Numbered from the stretch's first letter, positions 28,214-36,381 are shown. The stretch: DNA of 39,226 nucleotides from a virus (IMGVR_UViG_3300031519_000069:1-39226), one strand, 5' to 3'. The notes: generated by a model from the letters alone, not told the origin. Program-made: numbers and translations.

Positions 28214-28833
28214 AGTACAATCTCCGTCGTTTCTATTGGGAAGTCTGTATCGATTGCGAACCTACCATACTCACCAGCTTTTTCAGGTCTCCACTCACCT
28301 AGACCTACTCCGAATCCAGCCCGTTGAAATATGTTTAGGATGTTCTCAGGTGTAAGAGCCTCGCCGTCATACTGTAGCGTTAACTCTATAGCCCATGTTT
28401 TGAACTCAGGGCGATACCGTAGATCTGTTGACCCCATACCTACACGAACTACATCTTCTCGCATGATTGGTTCAAGCGTATCCATAAGGCAAAGAGGTTC
28501 ACCTGACTCACTGTCTGCATCTGCAATTATGAATAAGGACTTTCTCAGTAACGTCTTTTCAATACCTATATCTTTGTGAGCGGCATTGAGTAGGCATTTT
28601 TTAATACCCCCAGACGGAAACCCGTACGCTCCATCAGGAGTCCTGTGCATTGCTGCCTTGAACTCCCTATCTGGATCTCGTACATCTCGGTTCTTGGTCT
28701 TAACACCAGCATGTTTCTGCCGCATCATATGCTTGGCTTTCTCATCCCAGTTATGTTGAACCATTGGACTTGTACCACGTATGCGTAACCGCATCTCACA
28801 CTGCTTAATTGGCGCTAGAGTTACTCCGGCCAT
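28210..28833 (-). CDS. RAMP/Cas7-like RNA-binding protein (Vipr-like, 207 aa)
   Basis: N-terminal strand LRIRGTSP, FPSGGIKKCLLNAA helix, thumb-like DVVRVG...DLRYRPEF.TW and C-terminal glycine-rich loop AGFGVGLGEWRPEKAGEYGRF, the RAMP-style signature. AAGGAG SD present. Confidence 0.7.
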   Translation of the reverse strand: MAGVTLAPIKQCEMRLRIRGTSPMVQHNWDEKAKHMMRQKHAGVKTKNRDVRDPDREFKAAMHRTPDGAYGFPSGGIKKCLLNAAHKDIGIEKTLLRKSLFIIADADSESGEPLCLMDTLEPIMREDVVRVGMGSTDLRYRPEFKTWAIELTLQYDGEALTPENILNIFQRAGFGVGLGEWRPEKAGEYGRFAIDTDFPIETTEIVL

Positions 28834-28850
28834 AACACTCTCCTTCTCTT

Positions 28851-29114
28851 TTATTGATAAACCCAGAACGTACGTTCGTTGATACGTCTGCCTACACCTT
28901 TAACGTCGATGGTAGGTGGGATATAAGAAGTCATCATCAGCAGGGCAACCTTCTCTTGCATCCACTGTGGCAACTCCTCCATCCCACTATACGATCCATC
29001 CACCACACTGTCAACACAATACATTCCAATACACTGCACTTTAATAGATTTTTTCTTACTCTCGTCTATTATGACGCGGTATGCTGGATCTTCTTGAGTC
29101 TCATTGGGTGACAT
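28851..29114 (-). CDS. Hypothetical phage protein (~87 aa)
   Basis: ELPQWMQEKVALLMM...VKGVGRRINE..FWV. Overlaps the upstream gene stop (track start 29129). Confidence 0.65.
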   Translation of the reverse strand: MSPNETQEDPAYRVIIDESKKKSIKVQCIGMYCVDSVVDGSYSGMEELPQWMQEKVALLMMTSYIPPTIDVKGVGRRINERTFWVYQ

Positions 29115-29988
29115 AGAACACCTCGTCATGAACCCGCATCCCTACGCCATCGACGTACTCCTTCATATCAACCATGAGTAGCATAGACAGCTTGCCTCGG
29201 ATGTCATCTGGTAACGTGTCCTCGGTATAGCGCAGGAAAGACTCTTCAACATCGAAGGTGTAGTGCTTGTGCATGTTGGCAATCGGCACGGTATCGAACA
29301 CTTGCTGCTCGCCCAGCATATAGGCCCGTACATGTACCATGTCCACTTTCTGTTGGCGGAGGGAATACTCGTCGGCTTCGTGCAGGAAAGAAGTTACCAA
29401 GTCAGAGAACTCAGCATTGATAAACGTATACCCACTGGCAACGATACCGCGCAGCTCTTGCTCTAAGCTGTCATGCCGAACTACTTTGCCCTTGATTTTG
29501 CTTACCTTGTCGCGGCCTTCGTAGTCAGAATCCCACACCCTACGCGCCACATCAGGTGCATAGTGCTTCGCAATTGCGATAGGCGTATGGGGACGCAGTG
29601 CACCCCGCGCATTAGATAACGCACGCTTCGGGTTTACCGATGTCCACATGTAATGCTGCGTCCTCTCGGAACCGTACTTGTCATTCCTAATTCGGGGAGA
29701 CTGCACCATTATAGAGTTTGTTGGTTTGCCATCTACTGACCAATCACCCCAACCTACCCTACCCAACGTGAAGTGATCGGTGGGCAGATACACATGGATC
29801 GCACTACCGCTGCCTGTAATCTTGCGGAACTTACATGTGGGTAACTTCTTTGCCAGTGCCTCAAGGAACGTGGCGTAGTCACTACTACCATAATTCCGTT
29901 CGTTGGCGATGAACGCAGACAGATCAAACGGCCCGTCATGTGTTTCTTCTTTCTCTAACGCTGCTACTAATACATGCTTATAACTCAT
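29101..29988 (-). CDS. Hypothetical phage protein (295 aa)
   Basis: AGGAGG SD. C-terminus TLPDDIRGKLSMLLMV....VDGVGMRV resembles the downstream 87-aa protein. Confidence 0.7.
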   Translation of the reverse strand: MSYKHVLVAALEKEETHDGPFDLSAFIANERNYGSSDYATFLEALAKKLPTCKFRKITGSGSAIHVYLPTDHFTLGRVGWGDWSVDGKPTNSIMVQSPRIRNDKYGSERTQHYMWTSVNPKRALSNARGALRPHTPIAIAKHYAPDVARRVWDSDYEGRDKVSKIKGKVVRHDSLEQELRGIVASGYTFINAEFSDLVTSFLHEADEYSLRQQKVDMVHVRAYMLGEQQVFDTVPIANMHKHYTFDVEESFLRYTEDTLPDDIRGKLSMLLMVDMKEYVDGVGMRVHDEVFYVTQ

Positions 29989-30022
29989 TATCGTCCTCCT
30001 ACAGACTTAGTTTTAACATTGT

Positions 30023-30331
30023 TTAAACTGCCATTCCTACTGCTACCCCAACAATCCCATGATTCATTATCACGACCATATCTTTGCAGGTCATGGGTAA
30101 CGTATCTTCATGGGGATGTGTTTGCGTACGGTGCTTACTGGTTGTCACTGTAATCTTCTCGATGTTCTCATACCACGTACCTTCTTCCCAAATGAACAGC
30201 GGGAAGTGATCGCCATACGATGTCACGACGTACCGGCCATACCGCCATTCACCAAACAAGTTATTACCTTGAAACGATTCCTTCCGCTGCACGTACTGAC
30301 GTGCTGTTACATTAGTTATCCTTGGTGCCAT
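30023..30331 (-). CDS. Hypothetical phage early protein (102 aa)
   Basis: F.GNNLFG..YVV.SYG.HFPLFIW....WYEN..K...TTSKH pattern; in operon. Confidence 0.7.
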   Translation of the reverse strand: MAPRITNVTARQYVQRKESFQGNNLFGEWRYGRYVVTSYGDHFPLFIWEEGTWYENIEKITVTTSKHRTQTHPHEDTLPMTCKDMVVIMNHGIVGVAVGMAV

Positions 30332-30566
30332 CTCTCTTCTCCGTCCATTGTTTGATTATGGTAGCCACAGTCGTGTCACTCACACCCACTATCCTGCTGA
30401 TGCGTCTGCAGCCATACCCTCGGTTGTGTCGGTCGAGCACCGCTTCTTCCAACTCCGCACGGGTAGCGTAATTACCCTTAGTCAGGGGTCTACCACTAAA
30501 TAGCTTGGTTGATTGCGGGTGACGTTTCTCCGTCGTATAGATTGTCTCAGTCATATCCTTCCTCAT
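30312..30566 (-). CDS. Small HTH DNA-binding protein
   Basis: GYGCRRISRIVGVSDTTVATII (HTH). Confidence 0.65.
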   Translation of the reverse strand: MRKDMTETIYTTEKRHPQSTKLFSGRPLTKGNYATRAELEEAVLDRHNRGYGCRRISRIVGVSDTTVATIIKQWTEKRDGTKDN

Positions 30567-31753
30567 AACTTGTTTGTACCAATGTGAACTACCTTGCCGC
30601 AGTCAGGCTTGGCTTGCTTGTTGTCGTACACCGCCCACAACACAGGGCATGACCACGTACCCCAGTCGTACACGTACCCATCGGTGAACACAATCACAGC
30701 TTGCGGGTCTATCTTGTGCTCGGTCATGTAGTTGGGCACACACCGCACGTCGGTACCACCACCACCGGCTGGCTTGGTGCTTTGCACTAGGGTAGACAAT
30801 TCGGTAGTACCGTACGATTCATCCCCGCATATCTCGGTGTCCCAATACAATAGGCGTATGCGCTCGGGGTGCACCATGTCACACACTGCCTTGACCTCGG
30901 ATAAGAACGCAGTCAACTCACGCTGACCGATAGATGCTGACGTATCTAGGGCAATCACTAACTCCTTTACCTGCTGACTGATACCGCTTGGCATATACAC
31001 ACCGGCAGATACAAACCTGCGATTGGGGCGCGACCATGTAGAGAAGTCCTTACCAGCACACGTTGTACTGATGAACTCACGCAGTACCTCACGCCAATCG
31101 ATCTCGGGTTTGAGTAACGCCTCAAGGTCACGGGCACCACCACTACCCAGCTTACCGGCAACAAGTGCACCCTGACGCACGGCCTCCTCGATCTCACGTC
31201 CGAGATCATCCTTCTCACCTTGGGTCAACTCTTCGGCACCCTCCCAGTCATGGTCATCCATGCCATCACCAAACCCGCAGGTATCGTCGGGGTCAGGCTC
31301 ATCGAGCGAGTCATACAACTTATGGAATACTTGGGCGCTGTCCATGTCACGGTACTGCTCGTCTATCAACCCAACCTTGGGCATCCTGATAAACCCCATA
31401 CCCTCATCACTATCGGACAACTGGATGTTGATAACATAGTCACAGGCAACGTTGGCTAAGGTCGGATGCTTCTTGTAAAGATGTTCCCACGTCGTCAGAT
31501 GCTTATACATCTTGTGGTAACACTCGTGCAGTACAAGGAACCGTAGCTCTGGGTCAGTCAACCCATCAACGAACGTCCTACCATACATCTCATCGCGGCC
31601 ATTGGTACAAGCGGTTGGGACGGTATCACTCACCGTCCGGTCGCCCACCATCAGCACACTTGAGAGACCCACGTACTTGTCGTGCGCCATGACAGACATC
31701 ACTGCCTTCTCTAACCGCTGCTCGGCAGTCAGTGCTTGGTTAAGTGCTAACAT
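30563..31753 (-). CDS. HExxH metallopeptidase-like + von Willebrand A domain protein (DUF2201-like)
   Basis: TACTNG, LHECYH, N.ACD..IN; MIDAS-type DTSAS, GGGGT, FTDG. Confidence 0.85.
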   Translation of the reverse strand: MLALNQALTAEQRLEKAVMSVMAHDKYVGLSSVLMVGDRTVSDTVPTACTNGRDEMYGRTFVDGLTDPELRFLVLHECYHKMYKHLTTWEHLYKKHPTLANVACDYVINIQLSDSDEGMGFIRMPKVGLIDEQYRDMDSAQVFHKLYDSLDEPDPDDTCGFGDGMDDHDWEGAEELTQGEKDDLGREIEEAVRQGALVAGKLGSGGARDLEALLKPEIDWREVLREFISTTCAGKDFSTWSRPNRRFVSAGVYMPSGISQQVKELVIALDTSASIGQRELTAFLSEVKAVCDMVHPERIRLLYWDTEICGDESYGTTELSTLVQSTKPAGGGGTDVRCVPNYMTEHKIDPQAVIVFTDGYVYDWGTWSCPVLWAVYDNKQAKPDCGKVVHIGTNKL

Positions 31754-31762
31754 GTTTCCTCC

Positions 31763-32854
31763 TTACTTGTCTGCTGTAAACAGATAGTTGTTGTCCATCG
31801 CCCACTGCGTGAACTTCTTGTTGGTCATCACCATCGATTGCTTGGTGTACTTCTTAGACCGAACACCATTGGCGAACACACCCTGCGCTTCCTTGGATAG
31901 GCGCAACATGTAGGTCATCCACTGGTCAACCCAATCACGTTCGAGTGTGGCTAACACCTTGTACACAACCATCATCACAGCACCCGCGCTGGTCGGCACT
32001 AGCGCACCACTAGGATCAGACTTGATCGAATCGATAGACGGCAACTGATCGGCAAGCCTAGCAAACGCCATCATGTCACCCGCTGCTGACCCACCGATGG
32101 TGCCAATCAGCAAAGACGTTAGTGTCTTGTCATCGAACTTGTCGCGTACCTTCATCCAATCACTGGCAGCTTCGAGTGACCTAGGTGTAACAAACGCCGT
32201 ACGGGTAGACCGTGGGTGATACACATAGTCGTTATCCTCTGGGTCTTCGACATCACGGAAGTCAGCGAACGCCTTGTCGTTGTTGCGACACCACCCCAAC
32301 ACAGTAGGATCGACACCGTTGTTGATACCCCACTCGATCCACTGCTCCCACGTTGGCTTGGTAGACTCGATCACCGTCAAGCGATTACATGCGTGTGCTG
32401 GTAACAAGTCACCGACACCCTCACCACCTAGGTTCGTCGTCGCAAACACAATGCTCTCGGGGTGTAGCGTGTAACTCCCGATCTTACGTTCGAGCATCAT
32501 ACGCAATAGCGCGAGCTTGACCGCTGGGTTGGACTTACCGAACTCATCAATCATCAGGATGATCGGCTTGTCATTGTGTGCACCCAACTCCTCGTTGGTC
32601 AGGTACCGCACGAACCCACTGCCATCCTCGACCCGCATGATATCTGGGATCGTTATATCCCCCAGATCCTTGGTGGTACAGTCGAAGTAACACGGCACAT
32701 GCTTGGGCAGCTCCGCTGCTAACATGTTTAACAGGGATGACTTACCCGTACCCATGTGGCCCTGCACAAGTATCGTGCGTTGATGACCACCGGCAATGAT
32801 TGCTTGGGCGATCTCGTCTAGGTTTACCGCATACAAATTGGCTGATGTTGCCAT
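31763..32854 (-). CDS. MoxR-like AAA+ ATPase
   Basis: Walker A GHMGTGKS, Walker B ILMIDE, ATTN sensor I, NR arginine finger, TPRS sensor II; adjacent vWA gene. Confidence 0.85.
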   Translation of the reverse strand: MATSANLYAVNLDEIAQAIIAGGHQRTILVQGHMGTGKSSLLNMLAAELPKHVPCYFDCTTKDLGDITIPDIMRVEDGSGFVRYLTNEELGAHNDKPIILMIDEFGKSNPAVKLALLRMMLERKIGSYTLHPESIVFATTNLGGEGVGDLLPAHACNRLTVIESTKPTWEQWIEWGINNGVDPTVLGWCRNNDKAFADFRDVEDPEDNDYVYHPRSTRTAFVTPRSLEAASDWMKVRDKFDDKTLTSLLIGTIGGSAAGDMMAFARLADQLPSIDSIKSDPSGALVPTSAGAVMMVVYKVLATLERDWVDQWMTYMLRLSKEAQGVFANGVRSKKYTKQSMVMTNKKFTQWAMDNNYLFTADK

Positions 32855-32886
32855 TTTATGTCCTCCTTCATTGGACTGGTTGTTGT

Positions 32887-32904
32887 AGTATGGAATTCCA
32901 TACT
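32887..32904. promoter_or_regulatory. Palindromic operator-like site AGTATGGAATTCCATACT (copy 1 of 4)
   Basis: Perfect 18-bp palindrome ~32 bp upstream of the AAA ATPase start. Confidence 0.7.
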
Positions 32905-32920
32905 GGTTTGGTTAACACGT

Positions 32921-33139
32921 TTACCGCTTGTTCCTATGCACTCGGTTGTACCTCGCATACTCCCGCGTATCGACATGCTTAAAGAAGTGCATCGTCTCGC
33001 TCGAATACATATACATGTAGTGATACTTGCCCTCCTCATCCATCCCGTTACGGATGGCATCATCGAACGCATCCTTCGGGTGCAGCATCGTGCGCCCATG
33101 CTTGTACCACATCTTGTCTTCCGCTGCGCTGTATCTCAT
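32921..33139 (-). CDS. Hypothetical protein (72 aa)
   Basis: GGGAG SD; YMYMYS....HFFKH..TR.Y pattern; in operon. Confidence 0.65.
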   Translation of the reverse strand: MRYSAAEDKMWYKHGRTMLHPKDAFDDAIRNGMDEEGKYHYMYMYSSETMHFFKHVDTREYARYNRVHRNKR

Positions 33140-33162
33140 CTCGCTCTCCCTACTAGTGTGTT

Positions 33163-34077
33163 TTACAAGTCAATGGTTGGTAGGCTGCTGATAACGTCTT
33201 CTACCACCGATCTGGTTTCGGCACGCAGGTGGCTGTCCTCCTTGAGCGCCTCGGGTGATATCGGAAACTTACCTACACCACGGAACTGATCTTCGAGCTT
33301 GGTGCGTATCGCCTCCATCTGGGTATCACCCGTCAGGTTGCACGTCTTGAGCATGTCGATCATATCGAGCACACCATCGAACGTCGTATTGTGCAACGGC
33401 TTGCGCTTCTCACCCTTGTTGTAGTCCAGACTGTTGTGCAGTCGTTCGAGATACTTGCGGGTACGGTTGAACACGTCACCCATCGCCTTGGTGATCTGCG
33501 CCTCGTAATGCTCCTGATATTGTGTTTTCAGGAGTGCCGCTTGTTCGTTGCCCATGTCAACCCGAAAGTCACCGGCTTCTGGCACGGGTGAATAGGTCAC
33601 GTTGAACGCAAACTTACGGGCCAGCTCATGCACAGAAACATAGTCGGCATCGTTGAACAGGTCGCCCAACTTGGTGCGAGACTGGATGATCTCCCAATCG
33701 TACACATCGAGGAACGCTTGCACCAAACGATTGAACTCCTGCTCGAACGCTGTCATCTGCGCTTGGTAATCGAAGAACATGGCAGTAGGAACTAACCGCT
33801 GACCGAGATCTGACCAAGGCATTGTCAGGGTATAATGTATGTTGCGGGAATTGGCAACGAAGTCTTGAACCGCTCTCAACTCGGCGCAATCACCTAGCAA
33901 CTTCTTACTGACGTTGGCGGTGCCTGACTTAGCATTGTTTTGCAAGGTGACCTGCGCTGATGCGCTCTTGTCTTTCTTGCGTCCTGTCCAGACCGACGCG
34001 CTAAACTCGACGATCATGGCGCTTGATTGTATCGACGGGGCCGACACGTTGGGTACTGCTGTTAACATGTTATCCAT
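33163..34077 (-). CDS. DUF3150-like early protein (304 aa)
   Basis: W.G.K.D...K.LL...TMPW...G.RLVP...F..Y...F...F...Y pattern; first gene after a consensus sigma70 promoter; sits with the AAA + vWA genes. Confidence 0.55.
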   Translation of the reverse strand: MDNMLTAVPNVSAPSIQSSAMIVEFSASVWTGRKKDKSASAQVTLQNNAKSGTANVSKKLLGDCAELRAVQDFVANSRNIHYTLTMPWSDLGQRLVPTAMFFDYQAQMTAFEQEFNRLVQAFLDVYDWEIIQSRTKLGDLFNDADYVSVHELARKFAFNVTYSPVPEAGDFRVDMGNEQAALLKTQYQEHYEAQITKAMGDVFNRTRKYLERLHNSLDYNKGEKRKPLHNTTFDGVLDMIDMLKTCNLTGDTQMEAIRTKLEDQFRGVGKFPISPEALKEDSHLRAETRSVVEDVISSLPTIDL

Positions 34078-34108
34078 TCTTATATCTCCATAAGATGTTT
34101 ATGTGACG

Positions 34109-34128
34109 CAGTATGGAATTCCATACTG
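34109..34128. promoter_or_regulatory. Palindromic operator-like site CAGTATGGAATTCCATACTG (copy 2 of 4)
   Basis: Perfect 20-bp palindrome between the promoter and the 34077 start codon. Confidence 0.7.
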
Positions 34129-34164
34129 GGTGAAGTGCTGACGGAATGCCCCACTCACAAACAC

Positions 34165-34193
34165 ATTATGACACAGATAGCGTCTGATGTCAA
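34165..34193 (-). promoter_or_regulatory. Strong sigma70 early promoter
   Basis: TTGACA (34193-34188), 17 bp, CATAAT (34170-34165), with an extended -10 TG. Confidence 0.8.
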
Positions 34194-34239
34194 ATGATGA
34201 AGGAGGGTCGAGTATGGTGTAGTTGTGTGTAGTACGGTG

Positions 34240-34614
34240 AATGTTCTTGAATGTTCCGGTAATGTTCGGTTGGAAAATGGCGCAAGTTATTGATAAGCAA
34301 AGAATGTAGTGAATGTTCGGTAATTCTGGTGAGGAGACTCTAGCTCCGCCTTAGAGAGAAGGCAGGAGATTTTTAGGAACAAAGGAGCTGATAAGATGTT
34401 AGAGAGACGGTTTGATTAAAAAGAGAGTTAAGTAATTTTATTTACAGAACATTATTAAAATATATATATATATAGGGCTTTTTGTATCCAAGACAATAGA
34501 CCCAACTACACGAGACTATACGGAAATACACCAAACATAATGTAGTAGAACGTAGTCGTGATTACCGAACATTGCAGGAACATTACCCCTTTTTACCGAA
34601 CATTGCGGAACATT
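34240..34614. repeat. Iteron-like AATGTTC/GAACATT repeats flanking an AT-rich (TA)n core; candidate replication origin
   Basis: AATGTTC at 34240, 34250, 34261, 34312. Inverted GAACATT at 34447, 34567, 34578, 34598, 34608. (TA)7 at 34461-34474. Confidence 0.6.
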
Positions 34615-34616
34615 AC

Positions 34617-34636
34617 CGGTATGGAATTCCATACTG
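34617..34636. promoter_or_regulatory. Palindromic operator-like site CGGTATGGAATTCCATACTG (copy 3 of 4)
   Basis: 16-bp perfect core at 34619-34634, abutting the GAACATT repeats. Confidence 0.65.
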
Positions 34637-34651
34637 CGCTAGACGCGCCGT

Positions 34652-34734
34652 GCTACTACGGGAACTGGTATCAACAACGTGTTTCTCTGTCGGCTCGACC
34701 TGATGCGGCGCGCTACTACGGGAACTGGTATCAA
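34652..34734 (+). repeat. Direct repeat, 2 x 23 bp GCTACTACGGGAACTGGTATCAA, 60 bp apart
   Basis: Copies at 34652-34674 and 34712-34734. The core 15-mer also occurs at 18460 and 27044. Confidence 0.9.
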
Positions 34735-34747
34735 ATTTATTTGAGAC

Positions 34748-34773
34748 AAAAAAAAGCCCCTCCGAAGAGGGGC
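34748..34773 (-). terminator. Rho-independent terminator
   Basis: GCCCCTC-TTCG-GAGGGGC followed by T8 on the - strand, 7 nt after the stop of the 34781-35365 gene. Confidence 0.9.
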
Positions 34774-34780
34774 CAGTTGG

Positions 34781-35365
34781 TTAGTGGGTGGGTTCAGCCT
34801 TGCCTAGGTCAGCCAAGATATCATTCAACCTGCTGATGTGTTGCTGAGTCTTGAATCCTTTCGGTAATTCGTTCTCAGGATTTAGCAGTAATTTCTTGGC
34901 AGAGTCTAGCATTGTCGCCAGCTTTTCAGCCGCTGATTTCTCGCTGGCTTGTTTGGCCGCTTCTGCAGGGTCAACCCCCTGAGATACTAACTCAGCCTTT
35001 ACCAGTCTCTTTTCTAGCGAGACCTTGTAGTCTCTCAGCTTGCTAGATACCACTGCCTGTTCAGAGTCCCTCTGATCCCACTGTTCGGCCTTCATATCGG
35101 CTTTCTTGCCTAGGTACCTATTGAGGCCAGCCTTATTGTATAGCGCCAAGGTGATCCTCTGCTTGATCCATTCCCTAGACTCAGTACCACTAGCAAAATC
35201 CTCTGGCGTCCAACCGTCAGACTCAAGGCGGTCAAGCACTAAACCCCGCGCCGTCATTGCCGAGATTTCTTTCTTTTGGTGGCTCTCAATATCCTTGGCC
35301 AGTGCCAGTGACATCTTGCCATTGAAGCCCATTGTTAACGTACCTGCTGCTTTTGAATTACTCAT
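34781..35365 (-). CDS. Hypothetical immediate-early protein (194 aa), monocistronic
   Basis: Helical ORF with an upstream palindrome and its own terminator. Confidence 0.7.
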   Translation of the reverse strand: MSNSKAAGTLTMGFNGKMSLALAKDIESHQKKEISAMTARGLVLDRLESDGWTPEDFASGTESREWIKQRITLALYNKAGLNRYLGKKADMKAEQWDQRDSEQAVVSSKLRDYKVSLEKRLVKAELVSQGVDPAEAAKQASEKSAAEKLATMLDSAKKLLLNPENELPKGFKTQQHISRLNDILADLGKAEPTH

Positions 35366-35394
35366 ATTTATATCTCACATTTAAGTTTATATAC

Positions 35395-35414
35395 CAGTAT
35401 GGAAATCCATACTG
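35395..35414. promoter_or_regulatory. Palindromic operator-like site CAGTATGGAAATCCATACTG (copy 4 of 4)
   Basis: One central change relative to copy 2; ~29 bp upstream of the 35365 start. Confidence 0.65.
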
Positions 35415-35754
35415 CGGGCCAAGGGTTAATCCCTTCGACTTGTAAACAAGTTAACATGAGATGACGGATAGTCTAGTAATACCTAGGGTCGCGTGATGAT
35501 CTGGATCTGGCTGGATGGATGCCCGTTTTCTGACATGGCGACCCCTACCTACCCCCTATGCACCACTTCTCCTACAGGGACTCCAGCATTACTATAGCAT
35601 TACTAATCTACACGAATAATGACCGTTTTTTTGAGTTCAGACCCCCCACCCCCCTATATATAGGAACACCCCCCGGTAGGAGTCCCAACTTCTTGTTGCA
35701 AAAAATTATTTTTGGTGTAAATTGGTGCCATTAGATACTAACCAGTGTATATCT

Positions 35755-36381
35755 ATGACAGTGATGCTTCAGCCAGAAGTCGGTATACCCATATCAGCGG
35801 ACATGCCGTACCTAGATCTTAAAGTCCGTGCGGAAGCTGCGTGTAACACTGCTTTGTTATTGGCAGAACACGGGCTAGACATCACCCCAAACAAAGAAGA
35901 CAAAGACGTAGCGGCTGGTATAGCAATAGATTACGCAGAGAACCCAGAGAAAACCTCTAAAACACTATCAGTTACCCGTTCTTCTAAGCTAACACCTGCC
36001 TCGTTAGTACTTACTAACAGCATCCTGCAAGAGTTTGGACAGTCTGTGGCCGAGAGTGCTACCCAGATACGACATCTTGTCACCAACAAGCTCCTGTTAG
36101 AGTCAGAGAACCCAGACCCACGGGTAAGAATCCGTGCCCTAGAGCTGTTAGGTAAGATCTCAGACGTTAGTTTGTTTGCAGAGAAGTCAGAAGTCACTAT
36201 AACGCACCAGTCTACGGACGATCTACGTGCCAAGCTGCGTCAAAAGCTGGAGAAGTTGGTCAATCCGCCAGAAGAGTTGGGTGCCCCTATCGTATTTGAG
36301 GGCGAAGTAATCGACATTGACGCTGAATTAGGTATAGAACCGGCTAAACCCGAGGTAGACGAAGAGTATGACGATGAGTGA
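35755..36381 (+). CDS. terS: Putative terminase small subunit
   Basis: Immediately upstream of and overlapping TerL; D.RVRIRALELLGK...V.LF.EK.E pattern. Probable ATG at 35755 (track start 35722). Confidence 0.65.
   Translation: MTVMLQPEVGIPISADMPYLDLKVRAEAACNTALLLAEHGLDITPNKEDKDVAAGIAIDYAENPEKTSKTLSVTRSSKLTPASLVLTNSILQEFGQSVAESATQIRHLVTNKLLLESENPDPRVRIRALELLGKISDVSLFAEKSEVTITHQSTDDLRAKLRQKLEKLVNPPEELGAPIVFEGEVIDIDAELGIEPAKPEVDEEYDDE

Noticed and set aside
34558-34836. 92-aa + strand ORF with YYGNWYQ repeats
   Set aside because: It is a translation of non-coding repeats and palindromes, crosses a terminator and has no SD.
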